Assembly: GCA_040285745.1 (NCBI GenBank)
Contig: JAUFOR010000003.1
Coordinates: 496,001-560,000, forward strand
Origin: Barthelona sp. PCE
Taxonomy: Eukaryota
Direction: 5' to 3'
DNA length: 64,000 nt
Shown: positions 1 through 11,155 of the stretch, one piece after another
How the letters are laid out: each line of letters opens with the position of its first letter
How positions within the stretch are numbered: the first letter of the stretch is position 1
Program-made: the position numbers and the translations under genes
The notes under the pieces: generated by a model
Seen by the model: the letters and a program-made list of their open reading frames with translations, nothing else
Database searches by the model: none
Told to the model about the DNA's origin: nothing

Positions 1-2148
1 TGTTTCTTCAGCGTTCTTGATTAACTCTTCACGTTCCTGTTCGTACATGACTTGCCTTCTCTCGTCCCAATCTTCGACATCAGGAATAGGAAGACCTTCA
101 AGAGCAACCTCAGCTGAAGAACGAAGATCAAGGTCTTCTAAAGGAATCATACCCAAAGGAGCAGTGCTCTCAGGGTTCTGGAAATAAAACAAGGTACGTG
201 CCTTGAGGACAAACCATCGACGTTCCCATTTGTTTGATTTGCGACCGAAACGTGATGACCACTTGCCTCCAGACTTCTTCAAGAGAAAACCTTCAAAGAG
301 AATGGCTTCAGGGTTTGCCTGATTAACCTTGGATTGTTTGTTGGTTTTAAGCTTACCCAGGGTGATGTAGGAAAGCTCCATCTCGACGAGCTCACGGGCG
401 AAATCCTTGGCAGAAGGAAGTAAATCAGAAATGATCTCTAGAGATGTAGATTTCATACGTTGCTTAAGGGCGGGGAAAAGAGCAAGTTCTTTGATACGCT
501 CAGAAGTGTCGTCGACAAGAGCAACAAGCTGTTGATTAACTTCATCAACACACTCCAAAACTGGATTGATTAATTGAGAAATACCAACCTTAATTGGAGC
601 CTCGAATGTTTCCTGAGGAATATTGAAGTTCGATTGTGTACCTGTTGTGTTCTGGATATACTTACGAATTTGGTCATCATCTAAGCGCATTGATATATCA
701 GCTAATTTAATAGATTCTTCAAGTTTCTGGGTAAGTAAGTGCTTAATCTTAGCACCAACAAGGATCTGGGCCTCGAGCTCGTGAGGTCCATCCTGCACGC
801 GCTCAAGATCATCTGATGAAGCACCATCAACAATGTTACAATACAGACGTGAGAATGACTGAAGAATACCAAAAGCAAGACGCTTACGACCGTCATCACT
901 ATCATCGTCACCAATTGCTGAGAGCTCGCGTTCGCTCTCGTTAAGCTTTGTGCTGATCTGACGACGCAAATCAGGAAGACAAGCCTTAATATGGTTAATC
1001 AATGCGGTGTTAAGAACCTTAGCAAGGTACCCAGTACCTGCACGGTGTGCGACAGCGTGGTAAGCTTCATGGTGTTGGAAGTACTGTTCTTCAGCAAAAG
1101 CTGCCGAGTTCAAATCCTGACCCTGGTCAGTTTGCTTCTTGGAACGGTTAACAACGGGGATCATCTTCATACCCTCGTACATTTGTCCGTTAAGCACACG
1201 CATAGCATCGGTACCCTCATCCATGAGATCAAGTTTTGTGAGGACACTGATCGTACGTAGATGCTGGGGATCGTACTTCTCAGCCATAGCAAGAGCTTCA
1301 GAGTTTGCGATATCGGTGTTTGCTGGGGAAACAGCAAGAATAATTGTGTTATCATTGGCAGCAAAACGTTCAACCATTGCATGAATTAACTCAACAATAT
1401 TCTTCTGCTGACCATCAACAGCAACCTTTGTAAGACCAGGAAGATCGACGAGCGTAAGGTTGACTGCGCCTGCAACTGAAAGCTTCAAGTTGATAGGCAC
1501 AGCGGAGATCTGATTTGGACCACAAACACGATCTGTCTCACGAACAATTTCGTTACGAATTTCTTCAAGGTCATAGAACTTACGTTCCGCCATGTGTGCG
1601 AACTGGCCCACTGGGGTTGTGGCATCAGCATCGTGCATGAGCTGAAGAACGAGAGGTCTACGTGTACACATGTTACTGTTACGTGGTAAGACATCACCAA
1701 CAGACAACAATCTCTCAAGAACTGAACTCTTACCTGCACTCTGGGCACCGACAACAGCAATCTGAGGAAGAGAAATTACCGAAGTTAAACCAGAAACGGC
1801 AAGAATATCTTGCATCTGGTTAACAATATCAATAAGATATTCCATGTTGCCTGTGGGCTTTAAAAGACCAGAAATACCTGATTCATCCTCCTCAAAAGTT
1901 TTTGTTCCTGATTGCATCTGAGGTTTTGGCTTTGGTTGAGCCATCGTTCCAGGAGTTGGGCGGGATGCCATAGTACCTGGGACGGGGCGTGCTGCCATCG
2001 TGGATGGATTGTTCTTCATCATTGTGGGATTTTTCATAGTTGGATTTGGTCTCACAGCTGTGTGTGCGACACCACGATTTGTGGCTTCGTTTTCCTTGCG
2101 GCGGGCCATGAGCTGGCGCTTCCATTCTGGGATGTCTTCTGTTGACAT
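1..2148 (-). CDS. Dynamin-family GTPase with PH domain (3' end runs off the window)
   Basis: Manual translation, absent from the ORF track because no stop lies in the window. It starts MSTEDIPEWKRQLMARRK and has the dynamin motifs LPQIAVVGAQSAGKSSVLE, CTRRPL, DLPGL and TKLDLMDEGTD. A PH-type segment FEGFLLKKSGG..WERRWFVLKARTLFYF..PLGMIPL lies at about 135-305. Confidence 0.93.
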   Translation of the reverse strand, partial: MSTEDIPEWKRQLMARRKENEATNRGVAHTAVRPNPTMKNPTMMKNNPSTMAARPVPGTMASRPTPGTMAQPKPKPQMQSGTKTFEEDESGISGLLKPTGNMEYLIDIVNQMQDILAVSGLTSVISLPQIAVVGAQSAGKSSVLERLLSVGDVLPRNSNMCTRRPLVLQLMHDADATTPVGQFAHMAERKFYDLEEIRNEIVRETDRVCGPNQISAVPINLKLSVAGAVNLTLVDLPGLTKVAVDGQQKNIVELIHAMVERFAANDNTIILAVSPANTDIANSEALAMAEKYDPQHLRTISVLTKLDLMDEGTDAMRVLNGQMYEGMKMIPVVNRSKKQTDQGQDLNSAAFAEEQYFQHHEAYHAVAHRAGTGYLAKVLNTALINHIKACLPDLRRQISTKLNESERELSAIGDDDSDDGRKRLAFGILQSFSRLYCNIVDGASSDDLERVQDGPHELEAQILVGAKIKHLLTQKLEESIKLADISMRLDDDQIRKYIQNTTGTQSNFNIPQETFEAPIKVGISQLINPVLECVDEVNQQLVALVDDTSERIKELALFPALKQRMKSTSLEIISDLLPSAKDFARELVEMELSYITLGKLKTNKQSKVNQANPEAILFEGFLLKKSGGKWSSRFGRKSNKWERRWFVLKARTLFYFQNPESTAPLGMIPLEDLDLRSSAEVALEGLPIPDVEDWDERRQVMYEQEREELIKNAEET

Positions 2149-2402
2149 TTGAAATGGAGGACAAAAAATATTACAAACTTAAACTTAATATACTGCTATA
2201 CTGATACAAAATAGTTGTTATTGTGTCACAAAGATCCATGTGATCGTGATCAAAAACGAAAAATGTTGCTCTACTTTATTCTGGCCTAAGAATCTTAACT
2301 TCTAAATTCTTTCCCAATACGAATCACCTTCTAACAGTTATAAATCATGGTGATAGACGATATACTTCAATAAGAAACCACAAAACTCATCATATACAAA
2401 AA

Positions 2403-3389
2403 TTATTGTAATATATCCATTGCACACAAAACTTCAATCTCCGCAAGGGCTGCTTCAACGTCTTTCTTAATCTGAGACTCGTTAAATAGGGATTTTGATA
2501 CATTAGGTTCATCTACATCATCAATAATCACAGTATCTGTATTTGTGTTATCGTGTATCATGTTTGCAATTTGATTATCTGTAGTTATTGGATCATTCAT
2601 GGGCATCAGTGGACTCACAATGACTGTGTCATTGTTTTCAAAAGGATTACTAACATTTGTATTTGCCAAATGAGCAAATTTGCTATTTAGCTCAGGGGAT
2701 AAGTCTGTTACTGGACTGTTCGATATATTACTGGGAACAATAACAATAGTATCAGTATTACTGCTACTCTCTGAAGTACCACTCTTAGCCACGGTGTTTG
2801 CTTCAACGGTGGAGTCATAGCTGATAGCACTTGATACATCGTGCACACTGGGTGTATGAGGGACATGTGGGACATACTCTGGTGAAGGAAATATTTCAAG
2901 GGCAGGCTTTCGAGTTGAAATATGTGAAATACCTTCATCTTCAGAATCCAAAAGATCTTTTGTAAGCTCATTCAGTGTTTTATGAATAGATTCTACTGAA
3001 TCATCAACAGATGAAAGTGGAATTACACGAATTTGCTGAGATTCTCCATGACTGCGTGTTTTAGGTGTTGCTACAATTAATGGAGCCGTTGGAATGTGAT
3101 CATTGGAGAAGCTACATAGCTGAGACTCGAGTGTAATAAGTCTGGATCGGATTTCTTTCAGTCTTTGAAGGCTGTGTTTGATACCACGATAATTTTTGGT
3201 TGCTGTGGGTGAAGAATGTATTGTGTGACTTTTTGTGGGAGAAGCGTTGGTATTGGGCGAAAATGCGCTTGTATATACATGCCTTAAACTTGAATACTGA
3301 TCCAGCAAAGATTTTTTGGGAGTATCAGAAGTTTGTTCACCGCAACCATCCTCTTTGTCCAAATATGCAAGGAGCTCTTCGGTTGTCAT
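2403..3389 (-). CDS. Hypothetical S/T/P-rich, largely disordered protein
   Basis: Long ORF. Start moved to the MTTEELL ATG at 3389 because the upstream extension looks like AT-rich non-coding sequence. No family recognised. Confidence 0.7.
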   Translation of the reverse strand: MTTEELLAYLDKEDGCGEQTSDTPKKSLLDQYSSLRHVYTSAFSPNTNASPTKSHTIHSSPTATKNYRGIKHSLQRLKEIRSRLITLESQLCSFSNDHIPTAPLIVATPKTRSHGESQQIRVIPLSSVDDSVESIHKTLNELTKDLLDSEDEGISHISTRKPALEIFPSPEYVPHVPHTPSVHDVSSAISYDSTVEANTVAKSGTSESSSNTDTIVIVPSNISNSPVTDLSPELNSKFAHLANTNVSNPFENNDTVIVSPLMPMNDPITTDNQIANMIHDNTNTDTVIIDDVDEPNVSKSLFNESQIKKDVEAALAEIEVLCAMDILQ

Positions 3390-3822
3390 GTGTGTTACAA
3401 TTAGTTTGCTGAAAAAAGCAATGTAAGAGGTGAAATAATGTTCAACAGAAAATGCGCGTTCAATCCCCATATGATATTTATTTCTCATACACGTGGATAC
3501 ATGGTGTGATTGAAAGTGTGTGATTAGTAAATAGAGGCAAAAAAGATAATTATGCTCATACGGGATTCTAACATCAATGATATACATTTAGAACTATACA
3601 TACTAACGTTGGATTTAAAAGATGTGTAAATATGAGGGAAAACCGTGATTTTAAACATAAAACCGATTCAAATTTAGGAATTATAAGGCAGGCATTACTC
3701 CAATGCAACAAGACTACATTAACGTATAAACGATTCAATAAGGTACAAAATGAAAAGTCTGCAAACCGTTGTATGAATCCACTGGCATCATTACATCAGC
3801 ATAACCTTTTTCTCTCATTTTC

Positions 3823-5547
3823 ATGGACTTACAAGATCATTTCGCGAAAGGGGACTATGAGCGTGTACTCAAAGCTCTGGAAGCCTCTCTAAATGAGCCA
3901 AATGTTAGCAATGAAAACAATATTAGGCACAACATCGCACTGTGTATGCTTAACTTAAAGCAAATATCACCAGAGCAGTGTTTCACAAGTATTAATCGGA
4001 TACAGCCCTCCACATTTGTACATAGGGCCATATATAGTTACAATAAGGCTCTCATCTATTTTGAAGCACATTCCTTCGAATGCACTGCCACCTTATGTCA
4101 AGATCTATTGCTTTACTCAGATTTGCTTCCTTCTTATGTCAACTATCATGTTTTATCACTTCTGGTGGAAACATACTTCATCATTGGTTGTTTTGACAAA
4201 CTTGAGATTCTTCTACGCTTCATGAAGAAGATGTCTATGAATGAGGATGAGAACAACTTCTTTGAGACATATCTCCCGCTTTTTTACACCAAATTTTACA
4301 TCATGACAGATCAACTCGATGAAGCCGCTAAATACATTGATGATCTCGCCCCTGGATCACTCAGCCAGTGTCTTCTTGCCTTCTATCACTTCAAACGCCT
4401 GGACATGTCCGAAGCATTTTCAGTACTCCATCAATACTCTGTGAGCATCAAGAAGAAGAAGAATATGTCTCGTTGGTTCACGTATGACATCCTAAAGAGC
4501 ATATATCTGAACAACATTTCCCTCATCTGCTTTATCGGACGCCAAAATGGACACGTATCCAATGATCGGGATAACAAACCAGTCAGTGCTTTGTTAGGTA
4601 TCACAGAAGCATTGCATCAGCTCAACAAGAATTCTTTCTACTATAAGTTCATACAACTGAACGCGGCATATATTCTTCTATATCTGCCCGTAGGTGCTCG
4701 TACTATAGAGAGTTATCATCGTGCCTATCATCTTTTCAAGGCTGCTTTTATTTCTTCACGTCATAACAGTCCGCGTATTCTTTTCAGCGCGGGTGAGAGT
4801 GCGCATCTCTTTGCGCTCATTATGAGCTCGCGTACTGATAAGAAGACAAATTCTAAAGTGTTTGGTGTCTTGGATGTTGTGAAAGAATATATTGGTGAAG
4901 GTCCTGGTCGTATCATCAGACTCCCTAACAGCGAGGAGACTATCATGCATGGTATAAGGCCGTCGATTTTCAGCCTTGATGGTGTTGATAAGTTGAAGGA
5001 CTGGCCAACATTAGAAGACGCTGAACGCCTATTCTTCAGAACCATTCGTCTTTGTGTTGGCGCAGCACAATTCTCCTTATCCTCTATGTATCAAAGCATT
5101 CATATGCATAGTCGTGTCCATCTGGCACATTGTTGTCTGAAGAAACTGAATCCTATAGCTGCATTACGTAACCTTCAGGATGTAAGTAAGGATCCACAAG
5201 CGAATGCCAGCTGTGTGAACTCACTGTGGTTCTCTTGTCTCCTTTCAGAATGTTATCTTCGAATGCGTACTTATGATCGTGCAAGAGCTGAATTAAAGAA
5301 AACAGAACCCACAACAGATGCTAATCCTCTTGATGAAGTGACTCGTGCAATTAATATCGCTTATACATATATTGCACAAAATAATTTTAGTGAAGCAATG
5401 AAGTATGCTGAAATTGCCAAGTCACGTCAATCTCATTCGCCTTCCCCAATTTTAATTCAAGTCTTCATTCTTTTGAAGCAGGGTAGGGTCAACAATGCCA
5501 TCAGCATCATCAAGAATCGCAATTTCAATGCAAACGTTGGAAAGTAA
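3823..5547 (+). CDS. CNOT10: TPR protein, probable CCR4-NOT subunit 10
   Basis: N-terminal F..GDY..VL..L...NIRHNIA, central HNSPRILFSAGES (cf. NPRLWLRLAEC) and C-terminal LLKQGRVNNAISIIK match the CNOT10 layout. Confidence 0.7.
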   Translation: MDLQDHFAKGDYERVLKALEASLNEPNVSNENNIRHNIALCMLNLKQISPEQCFTSINRIQPSTFVHRAIYSYNKALIYFEAHSFECTATLCQDLLLYSDLLPSYVNYHVLSLLVETYFIIGCFDKLEILLRFMKKMSMNEDENNFFETYLPLFYTKFYIMTDQLDEAAKYIDDLAPGSLSQCLLAFYHFKRLDMSEAFSVLHQYSVSIKKKKNMSRWFTYDILKSIYLNNISLICFIGRQNGHVSNDRDNKPVSALLGITEALHQLNKNSFYYKFIQLNAAYILLYLPVGARTIESYHRAYHLFKAAFISSRHNSPRILFSAGESAHLFALIMSSRTDKKTNSKVFGVLDVVKEYIGEGPGRIIRLPNSEETIMHGIRPSIFSLDGVDKLKDWPTLEDAERLFFRTIRLCVGAAQFSLSSMYQSIHMHSRVHLAHCCLKKLNPIAALRNLQDVSKDPQANASCVNSLWFSCLLSECYLRMRTYDRARAELKKTEPTTDANPLDEVTRAINIAYTYIAQNNFSEAMKYAEIAKSRQSHSPSPILIQVFILLKQGRVNNAISIIKNRNFNANVGK

Positions 5548-5595
5548 ATGTTTTGTAGTTTGTTACTATTTTCATATTTATAGGGTCATATTACA

Positions 5596-6864
5596 ATGCA
5601 AAAAGAAGACAAAGCAATCAAAATGAGCATTAGAGAGTATATAACTCAAGATGAAAGTGAAATCGAAATGAGTGTTGTACAGAAGCTTTTAAAAGATGAA
5701 ATTACGAACCTGAAGGATGATTTCACCGACATTGCAGACACCCACAAAGAGTATTTGGACACATTAAAAAAAGCTCAAAGTTTAAGTGCTTCTGTTGGTA
5801 AAAAGATCAAGAATTTCAAAAGATTCAGCTCCTCCACATCCAAGTTAATACGTAACCTGGAGGAGAAGCAGCTTGTTGGGGATGAAACAGCTTGCAAATA
5901 CAAAAACTCAATTTCTTCTCGGTCATATGGTGTTAACACGATGAAGACAACATTACCACAACAAGCAGGTCGTTTCATCAACTTCTTTATTGGTAGTTTA
6001 AACGTTTCTCTTCCTACAGAGGAAGAACGATTCAATTATCGTGAAGAATACGAAAAGACCAGATCAAAAGTCTCCATGTTTTTAAGTGTTATGCTTTTTT
6101 CACGAATTCTTTATGTCTTTTTCCCGTTTGTTGCAATCCTTAAGATGTTCTCAAGCACATTAATTGATTGGGTAATATGTGTTGTTGAAGTTCTCTTCTA
6201 CCTTTCACTTAGTTTCAGAGAATTAATCCTTAAATCCAATGGATCACGTATTAAACTGTGGTGGATCACTCATCATCTACTCACTGCTCTTTCTTGCGCT
6301 TTACTCCTCACACATAATGATGTTATCTTCAGTAATGATCGAGTACGGATTCATGTTCTTGTTTTTGGTCTTTTAGTGAATGTGTTCCAACAAGTACAGT
6401 TTCAAAACTCAAAGAGAGCCCTCTACCGTAAAAGGGCTTTAGGCAGAACAAATTCGTATCTTCCAAGTACAGATGGTACTACAGGAGAGATAGACAAGAA
6501 TCAAACAGGTTTCTTTTGGTGGCTTGTCGTTTCTCTTGCATTTATGCTTCAGACCTATCAGTTCTTTGTTGGTATAACTTGTTATATCGAAAACTTTAAA
6601 CTTTTTGGATTTATAATTTTTTGTTTAGCTTTGGGTAATTCTTCAACTACTATACTAATTGTACATAAGAAATGGCGAAAAATCAGAGCTGCTAAACGTA
6701 GAAAGATGACAACAAAATGCGAAGATAGTGATAGTGATGCAGAATCTGTTAGGAGTCAAGCCTTTGACCTTACAATCGAAACTAATAATGTCAACGTCAA
6801 TGATTCAGTATTGTTGGATACCCCTGCTGCCGCAGTCAACCGTGGTGCATTCTTAAGTGATTAA
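5596..6864 (+). CDS. TMEM120: TMEM120/TMPIT family membrane protein
   Basis: N-terminal coiled coil, GSLNVSL..EERFNYREEYEK, and the signature RELILKSNGSRIKLWWITHH followed by transmembrane helices. Confidence 0.92.
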   Translation: MQKEDKAIKMSIREYITQDESEIEMSVVQKLLKDEITNLKDDFTDIADTHKEYLDTLKKAQSLSASVGKKIKNFKRFSSSTSKLIRNLEEKQLVGDETACKYKNSISSRSYGVNTMKTTLPQQAGRFINFFIGSLNVSLPTEEERFNYREEYEKTRSKVSMFLSVMLFSRILYVFFPFVAILKMFSSTLIDWVICVVEVLFYLSLSFRELILKSNGSRIKLWWITHHLLTALSCALLLTHNDVIFSNDRVRIHVLVFGLLVNVFQQVQFQNSKRALYRKRALGRTNSYLPSTDGTTGEIDKNQTGFFWWLVVSLAFMLQTYQFFVGITCYIENFKLFGFIIFCLALGNSSTTILIVHKKWRKIRAAKRRKMTTKCEDSDSDAESVRSQAFDLTIETNNVNVNDSVLLDTPAAAVNRGAFLSD

Positions 6865-7047
6865 TAAGGAATAAATTAAACCATTCAGGTTGAGCCCTAA
6901 ATGATTCAAATGAACTTTCAATCGTAATTATAGGGTTATACAGTGTGCTTTATACTTCAAAAATTCATAATGTAATAATGCTGCTAAAAATATGTTTCAA
7001 AAGATACTTCCCTTTTCTCTCATCTTTTTTTGAGCAAACCAGGATTG

Positions 7048-7479
7048 ATGGGAGACGCGCTGGATAACTACTACATCAGTTCAAAGGTTAAGCGTTGTGT
7101 AGCATCTACTCTCATTGTTCTATTGTTTTTGTGTTTATCGCTAGTACCTCAATTCACTGAGGGGGTCAAAAACGTTTTGTTGTTTGTCACATTGGGTTTA
7201 ATTTTCTGTGAAATCCTAATTGTCAATGCAATTCTTAGAGGAAGGTTGCTAAACATTGTGGCAGTATACAGATTGTTATTCATTTTATGTATGATATGGT
7301 ACGAATATGAATATACAAGTAACACTGTCATACAATGTATCTTCATTACGGGAGTTATTTTATCAGCTGTAGTACATTTCGTTCTGTTACTTATGGTTAT
7401 TCGCAGTGACACGGGCATAGACTTCAGTTACAACTTCCTTTCATCACATGAATACTATTCTAGCAGCAGTTTTGTCTGA
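7048..7479 (+). CDS. Small multi-pass (about 4 TM) membrane protein, unknown function
   Basis: ORF with four hydrophobic stretches. First ATG is at 7048, with a CCCTTTTCTCTCA motif upstream. Confidence 0.7.
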   Translation: MGDALDNYYISSKVKRCVASTLIVLLFLCLSLVPQFTEGVKNVLLFVTLGLIFCEILIVNAILRGRLLNIVAVYRLLFILCMIWYEYEYTSNTVIQCIFITGVILSAVVHFVLLLMVIRSDTGIDFSYNFLSSHEYYSSSSFV

Positions 7480-7659
7480 GTAGATTCTCAAAAATTTCCC
7501 CTTATACATATTTTCCACATAACATTAAGTTATTTACATACTTTACTGTTTCACCCACCCTTTTTTCAATAAATTATAACCCTTTCCGGAAATAATATGC
7601 AATTGAATCGTAATAAGAAAAATAACCTTTCTGAACAAATTTGATATCCTGACTACATC

Positions 7660-9249
7660 ATGCCAAGGCCTAATATTCAACACACGGACAAATTTAGTAT
7701 TGTTCGTTTTGGGGATGGGGTAATAATTCAGAGTATTGATGATTCCTTGAATATTAAACGCTTTTTTTGTATACAGGAGGATAAGACCTGCGGCATTAGA
7801 CCTCCACAATCGCCAGATTTGACAACTGGCCACCTGGTATCTTCATCATCCTATTTACATGTTAGTCTCTTGGATTCATCACTATTTTACCACTACTTAA
7901 TGTGCAAGCCGTATGAAAATAGCAGTACCCTTTCTCTTATTCTGGATTTATACAATTTCACAAATAACAAGTTCAATCACATCAATAGCATCTCTTTAAC
8001 TGGTTTAAATCATGATCTGAGGTTCGGCAAGTTGATAAATATGCGGTACTGGATCCAAAATTTAAGTTTAAATCAGAAAATTGTACGAATAATTGATTTG
8101 AGCTCTGCAAAACTTGTAGAGCTTCCTTATCACAGCCGTGTCCATACCCAGGTGCACAATGGCAGTTTGTTTTTGTGTGATGGATAAAACTTCTGGCAAT
8201 AACCAGTTCATCTTCAGTGATAACTCACATGATTTATCCGACAACGCATATTATTTACGATACAATGATATGTTTTTGAATCTGGATTACTCAAGTGCTA
8301 GTAATGAGTGTCAAGTAATTAGCTCTGTTCGAAACTTAATCTTTTTAGGGGAACAAGTTCATAGTTACAACAAAAAAGATTGTTTTTTTTACAAATTGCA
8401 TGATTTTTTTGTTTTTGGTCTCACATCAATCAGTAAGAATGGTCTGTTACTTCAGTTTAAGATGCAGCCAAGATCAAAACAATCGCTAAATGGTGGAAGA
8501 AATCAGGTTGTGTTTTTCAACCATTTTGGTAAACAGTGCTTTATATGCACACCGTCCAAACAAGAATTTCAATCCAGTACACATCTTTTCAGCGTGGAGC
8601 ATCAATATGATGTCGATGAAGGACAGTGGAAAACGCTTTGTATAACTGGTGATAATTATGTGCGGCATTTATATGTTGATGGGGAGAAAGTGTACAGAAC
8701 TTTATTTAAATGGGGAAATCATTGTTGCTCAGGAAACTCAAGAATATGAAAACAGTTTCTTCATCAGAAAGTATTTTTACAGATGACATTGTGTATTTCA
8801 AGTGCAATTCGTTTTCAAAGAATGAATTTTTTATAATAATGGGAGATGTTGGAGAATGTGAGTGTATTTTTATTCAATATAGTGAAGAACTGAAGAAATT
8901 AAAGCATAACAAATTTTGCATTTCATACCCCAGTTTTTGGAAAAATATGTGTGGTTTTTTGGGCAAAAGTTCGCTTATAATTCATAATAAGGTTTATCAT
9001 TTCAAAGAAATAGATGATATGAGTATCCTGGAAGTAAGTTGTATTTCGATTGATGATATAATACCAACTCCGGGTGTAATCATATCGTATGGTGATAACT
9101 TGACCGATTTTCGTCTTTGTGTGAGTGAGATTGTATTTAACAAAACATTTTCCAATTATTCAAAGCATACTACAATAATTAATATGTTAAGTACGGTAGT
9201 TGATTATAATTTTATTCAATTTTCCAGTTTTGGTCAGTTTAAACAATAG
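7660..9249 (+). pseudogene. Frameshifted paralogue of the 61133-62983 gene (pseudogene or assembly indels)
   Basis: Three consecutive overlapping ORFs (7660-8187, 8138-8749, 8710-9249) together align end to end with the intact protein at 61133-62983. Confidence 0.7.
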
Positions 9250-9464
9250 TTTTGACTTTTTTAGGTGAGAAAATAATGACAGTAATACATTTATTCAGAG
9301 GCTTAATTTTTTTACTATGATTGCATTCAATCTTGATTATGGGCCTAATTTATGAGCTCTATTTGAGTATTTAAGCATTTTTCAGGCATTCTTTTGGTGT
9401 GCTAATAATAGTAACATTGTAATAAATGAAATTTGATCTGTTAAAACATATTTCTCCCATTTCA

Positions 9465-9776
9465 ATGGCTTCCGAACAAAGTGTACCCGAAATTTCATCT
9501 GCTTTAGGTGGGTTGATTTCAGAAGAGCTTGCATGTCATATGGAAAAGACTCAGACAATGCTCACAACCATAGAAGAGAAGCAAACTGCTCTTGAAGAAT
9601 CTTTAAATTCTTTAAATGATGAAATTGAGACTATAAAAAGCAGGCAGTTCCCTAGAACTGCCGAATACCTTGAGAAATTGAGCATAAATCGTCGCAGAAC
9701 TCTTCAAGCATCTAAACAACTTACACGTATTAGACAACGCCTCTTAAAGATATTGACGATTAGCCAGTCTCTGTAA
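9465..9776 (+). CDS. Snapin/Pallidin-family BLOC-1/BORC subunit
   Basis: About 100-aa coiled coil with Q..LEESL..LN.E and Y.EKL..NRRR......L..IRQRL.K, typical of Snapin/Pallidin. Confidence 0.7.
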   Translation: MASEQSVPEISSALGGLISEELACHMEKTQTMLTTIEEKQTALEESLNSLNDEIETIKSRQFPRTAEYLEKLSINRRRTLQASKQLTRIRQRLLKILTISQSL

Positions 9777-9843
9777 GTATTCAATGAGAAGAAAACTAAT
9801 TAACACGCGTTTATTAAATTTTTTATGTGAATTTCACCATGCA

Positions 9844-11097
9844 TTAGTTCATACGTTTAAACATCAAGAATGAATTAAAAACGATGTAGAAACCTTCACA
9901 GACATAGAACAATAATGACATATCAAAATGTTTGTACTCAGCTGCCAAATTATTATTTGTACATATATATATTAAAAAGATTTGCATTGCTAAAGCTATG
10001 GATATTATTGTGAAATAGAAGGTAATACGTTTTTCAAATCTAGATTGTATAGAGTAACGCACATCATTCAGTCTTACTAAAAACATAACAATGCATAATA
10101 AATATAAACACAAAAGAGCTGTGTACACTAAAAGAATGTAATCAACATATTTCGGCTTCCAAAATGTAAAAACAAAACTCGGTTTGATACGTGGCAATTC
10201 CAACGCTAACGAGTGTGCTAAATTCACTGCATTTTTGTTATTATCATAGTATGAATTTGGTGGTTGAAATTGTGAAAATAATTGAACCTCATATTCTGGT
10301 ATAAACAATGCTCCTTTAGAAAAAAAACATACACATCCTACCAATAATACTAAATAAACTGCAGCAAGTGTAGATATAGAGACATTAATTCGATATTTAA
10401 CGCTGAGGGTTTGAAATATCAAGAAAAAATGTGTGGCGATTGAAGAAAGACAGAAAAAGAGTAATAAAACGGATATAGAAGGTGTTTTAACTGGTAATAG
10501 AGCACAAAAAACGAAAAAGATGACAAAAGCTGCATTCTTACATGAATCAAGTAAAACTACCTTAAAAAACAATGGTTCTCTGTTCTTTTCGTCTCTGAAC
10601 TTGTGAATATAAACAGCAGCAAGTGAAAAAAATCCAACAATGCACAGCTGTATCCATAAATCCAAAGATTGCAGTGGTGTGGAAGAAAGCCTTACTTCTT
10701 TCAATGGACATGATGAGTCCCCTGACCTCACAACCGCATTTTGCAACGCGTCAACAGCTGAATCATATCCATGTTCAGAAAAAAATGAAATACAAACTTC
10801 TTTTTCTTCCTCATTCAAATTGACGTACGGCATGAGACTATTTATGGTACCCATGCTTGTTAGATGGATGTCACGTGGTGAAGCATCTGGTATCTGAATG
10901 TGACATCTAGGTTTAAATCTAAAACCAATATTCGAGGGTTTTGCAAGATTCAAAATATGTGATGAGTCCCATTCGTTACAATCAAAGCATGAAAGAACCC
11001 TTTCACTTCCATTACCTTCAAAAACTAAGACATAGACCCCAAAAAACAATGTAACACCCATAGCTACACATAGTATGAAATATAACGTCTTCAACAT
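9844..11097 (-). CDS. Multi-pass membrane protein, Wntless/TMEM181-like topology
   Basis: N-terminal TM, a Cys-containing luminal domain, then about 7 TMs. C-terminal LYLLCIVMFLVR...RITF and FYVCEGFYI resemble TMEM181/WLS. Confidence 0.45.
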   Translation of the reverse strand: MLKTLYFILCVAMGVTLFFGVYVLVFEGNGSERVLSCFDCNEWDSSHILNLAKPSNIGFRFKPRCHIQIPDASPRDIHLTSMGTINSLMPYVNLNEEEKEVCISFFSEHGYDSAVDALQNAVVRSGDSSCPLKEVRLSSTPLQSLDLWIQLCIVGFFSLAAVYIHKFRDEKNREPLFFKVVLLDSCKNAAFVIFFVFCALLPVKTPSISVLLLFFCLSSIATHFFLIFQTLSVKYRINVSISTLAAVYLVLLVGCVCFFSKGALFIPEYEVQLFSQFQPPNSYYDNNKNAVNLAHSLALELPRIKPSFVFTFWKPKYVDYILLVYTALLCLYLLCIVMFLVRLNDVRYSIQSRFEKRITFYFTIISIALAMQIFLIYICTNNNLAAEYKHFDMSLLFYVCEGFYIVFNSFLMFKRMN

Positions 11098-11155
11098 AAT
11101 CTAATGATCATATGATACAGATCTAAAAAAAGTAAAAAATTCTTAAACACCTACT

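Noticed and set aside
702-2164. Short ORFs in the track over 702-2164
   Set aside because: Off-frame or antisense shadows of the dynamin gene.
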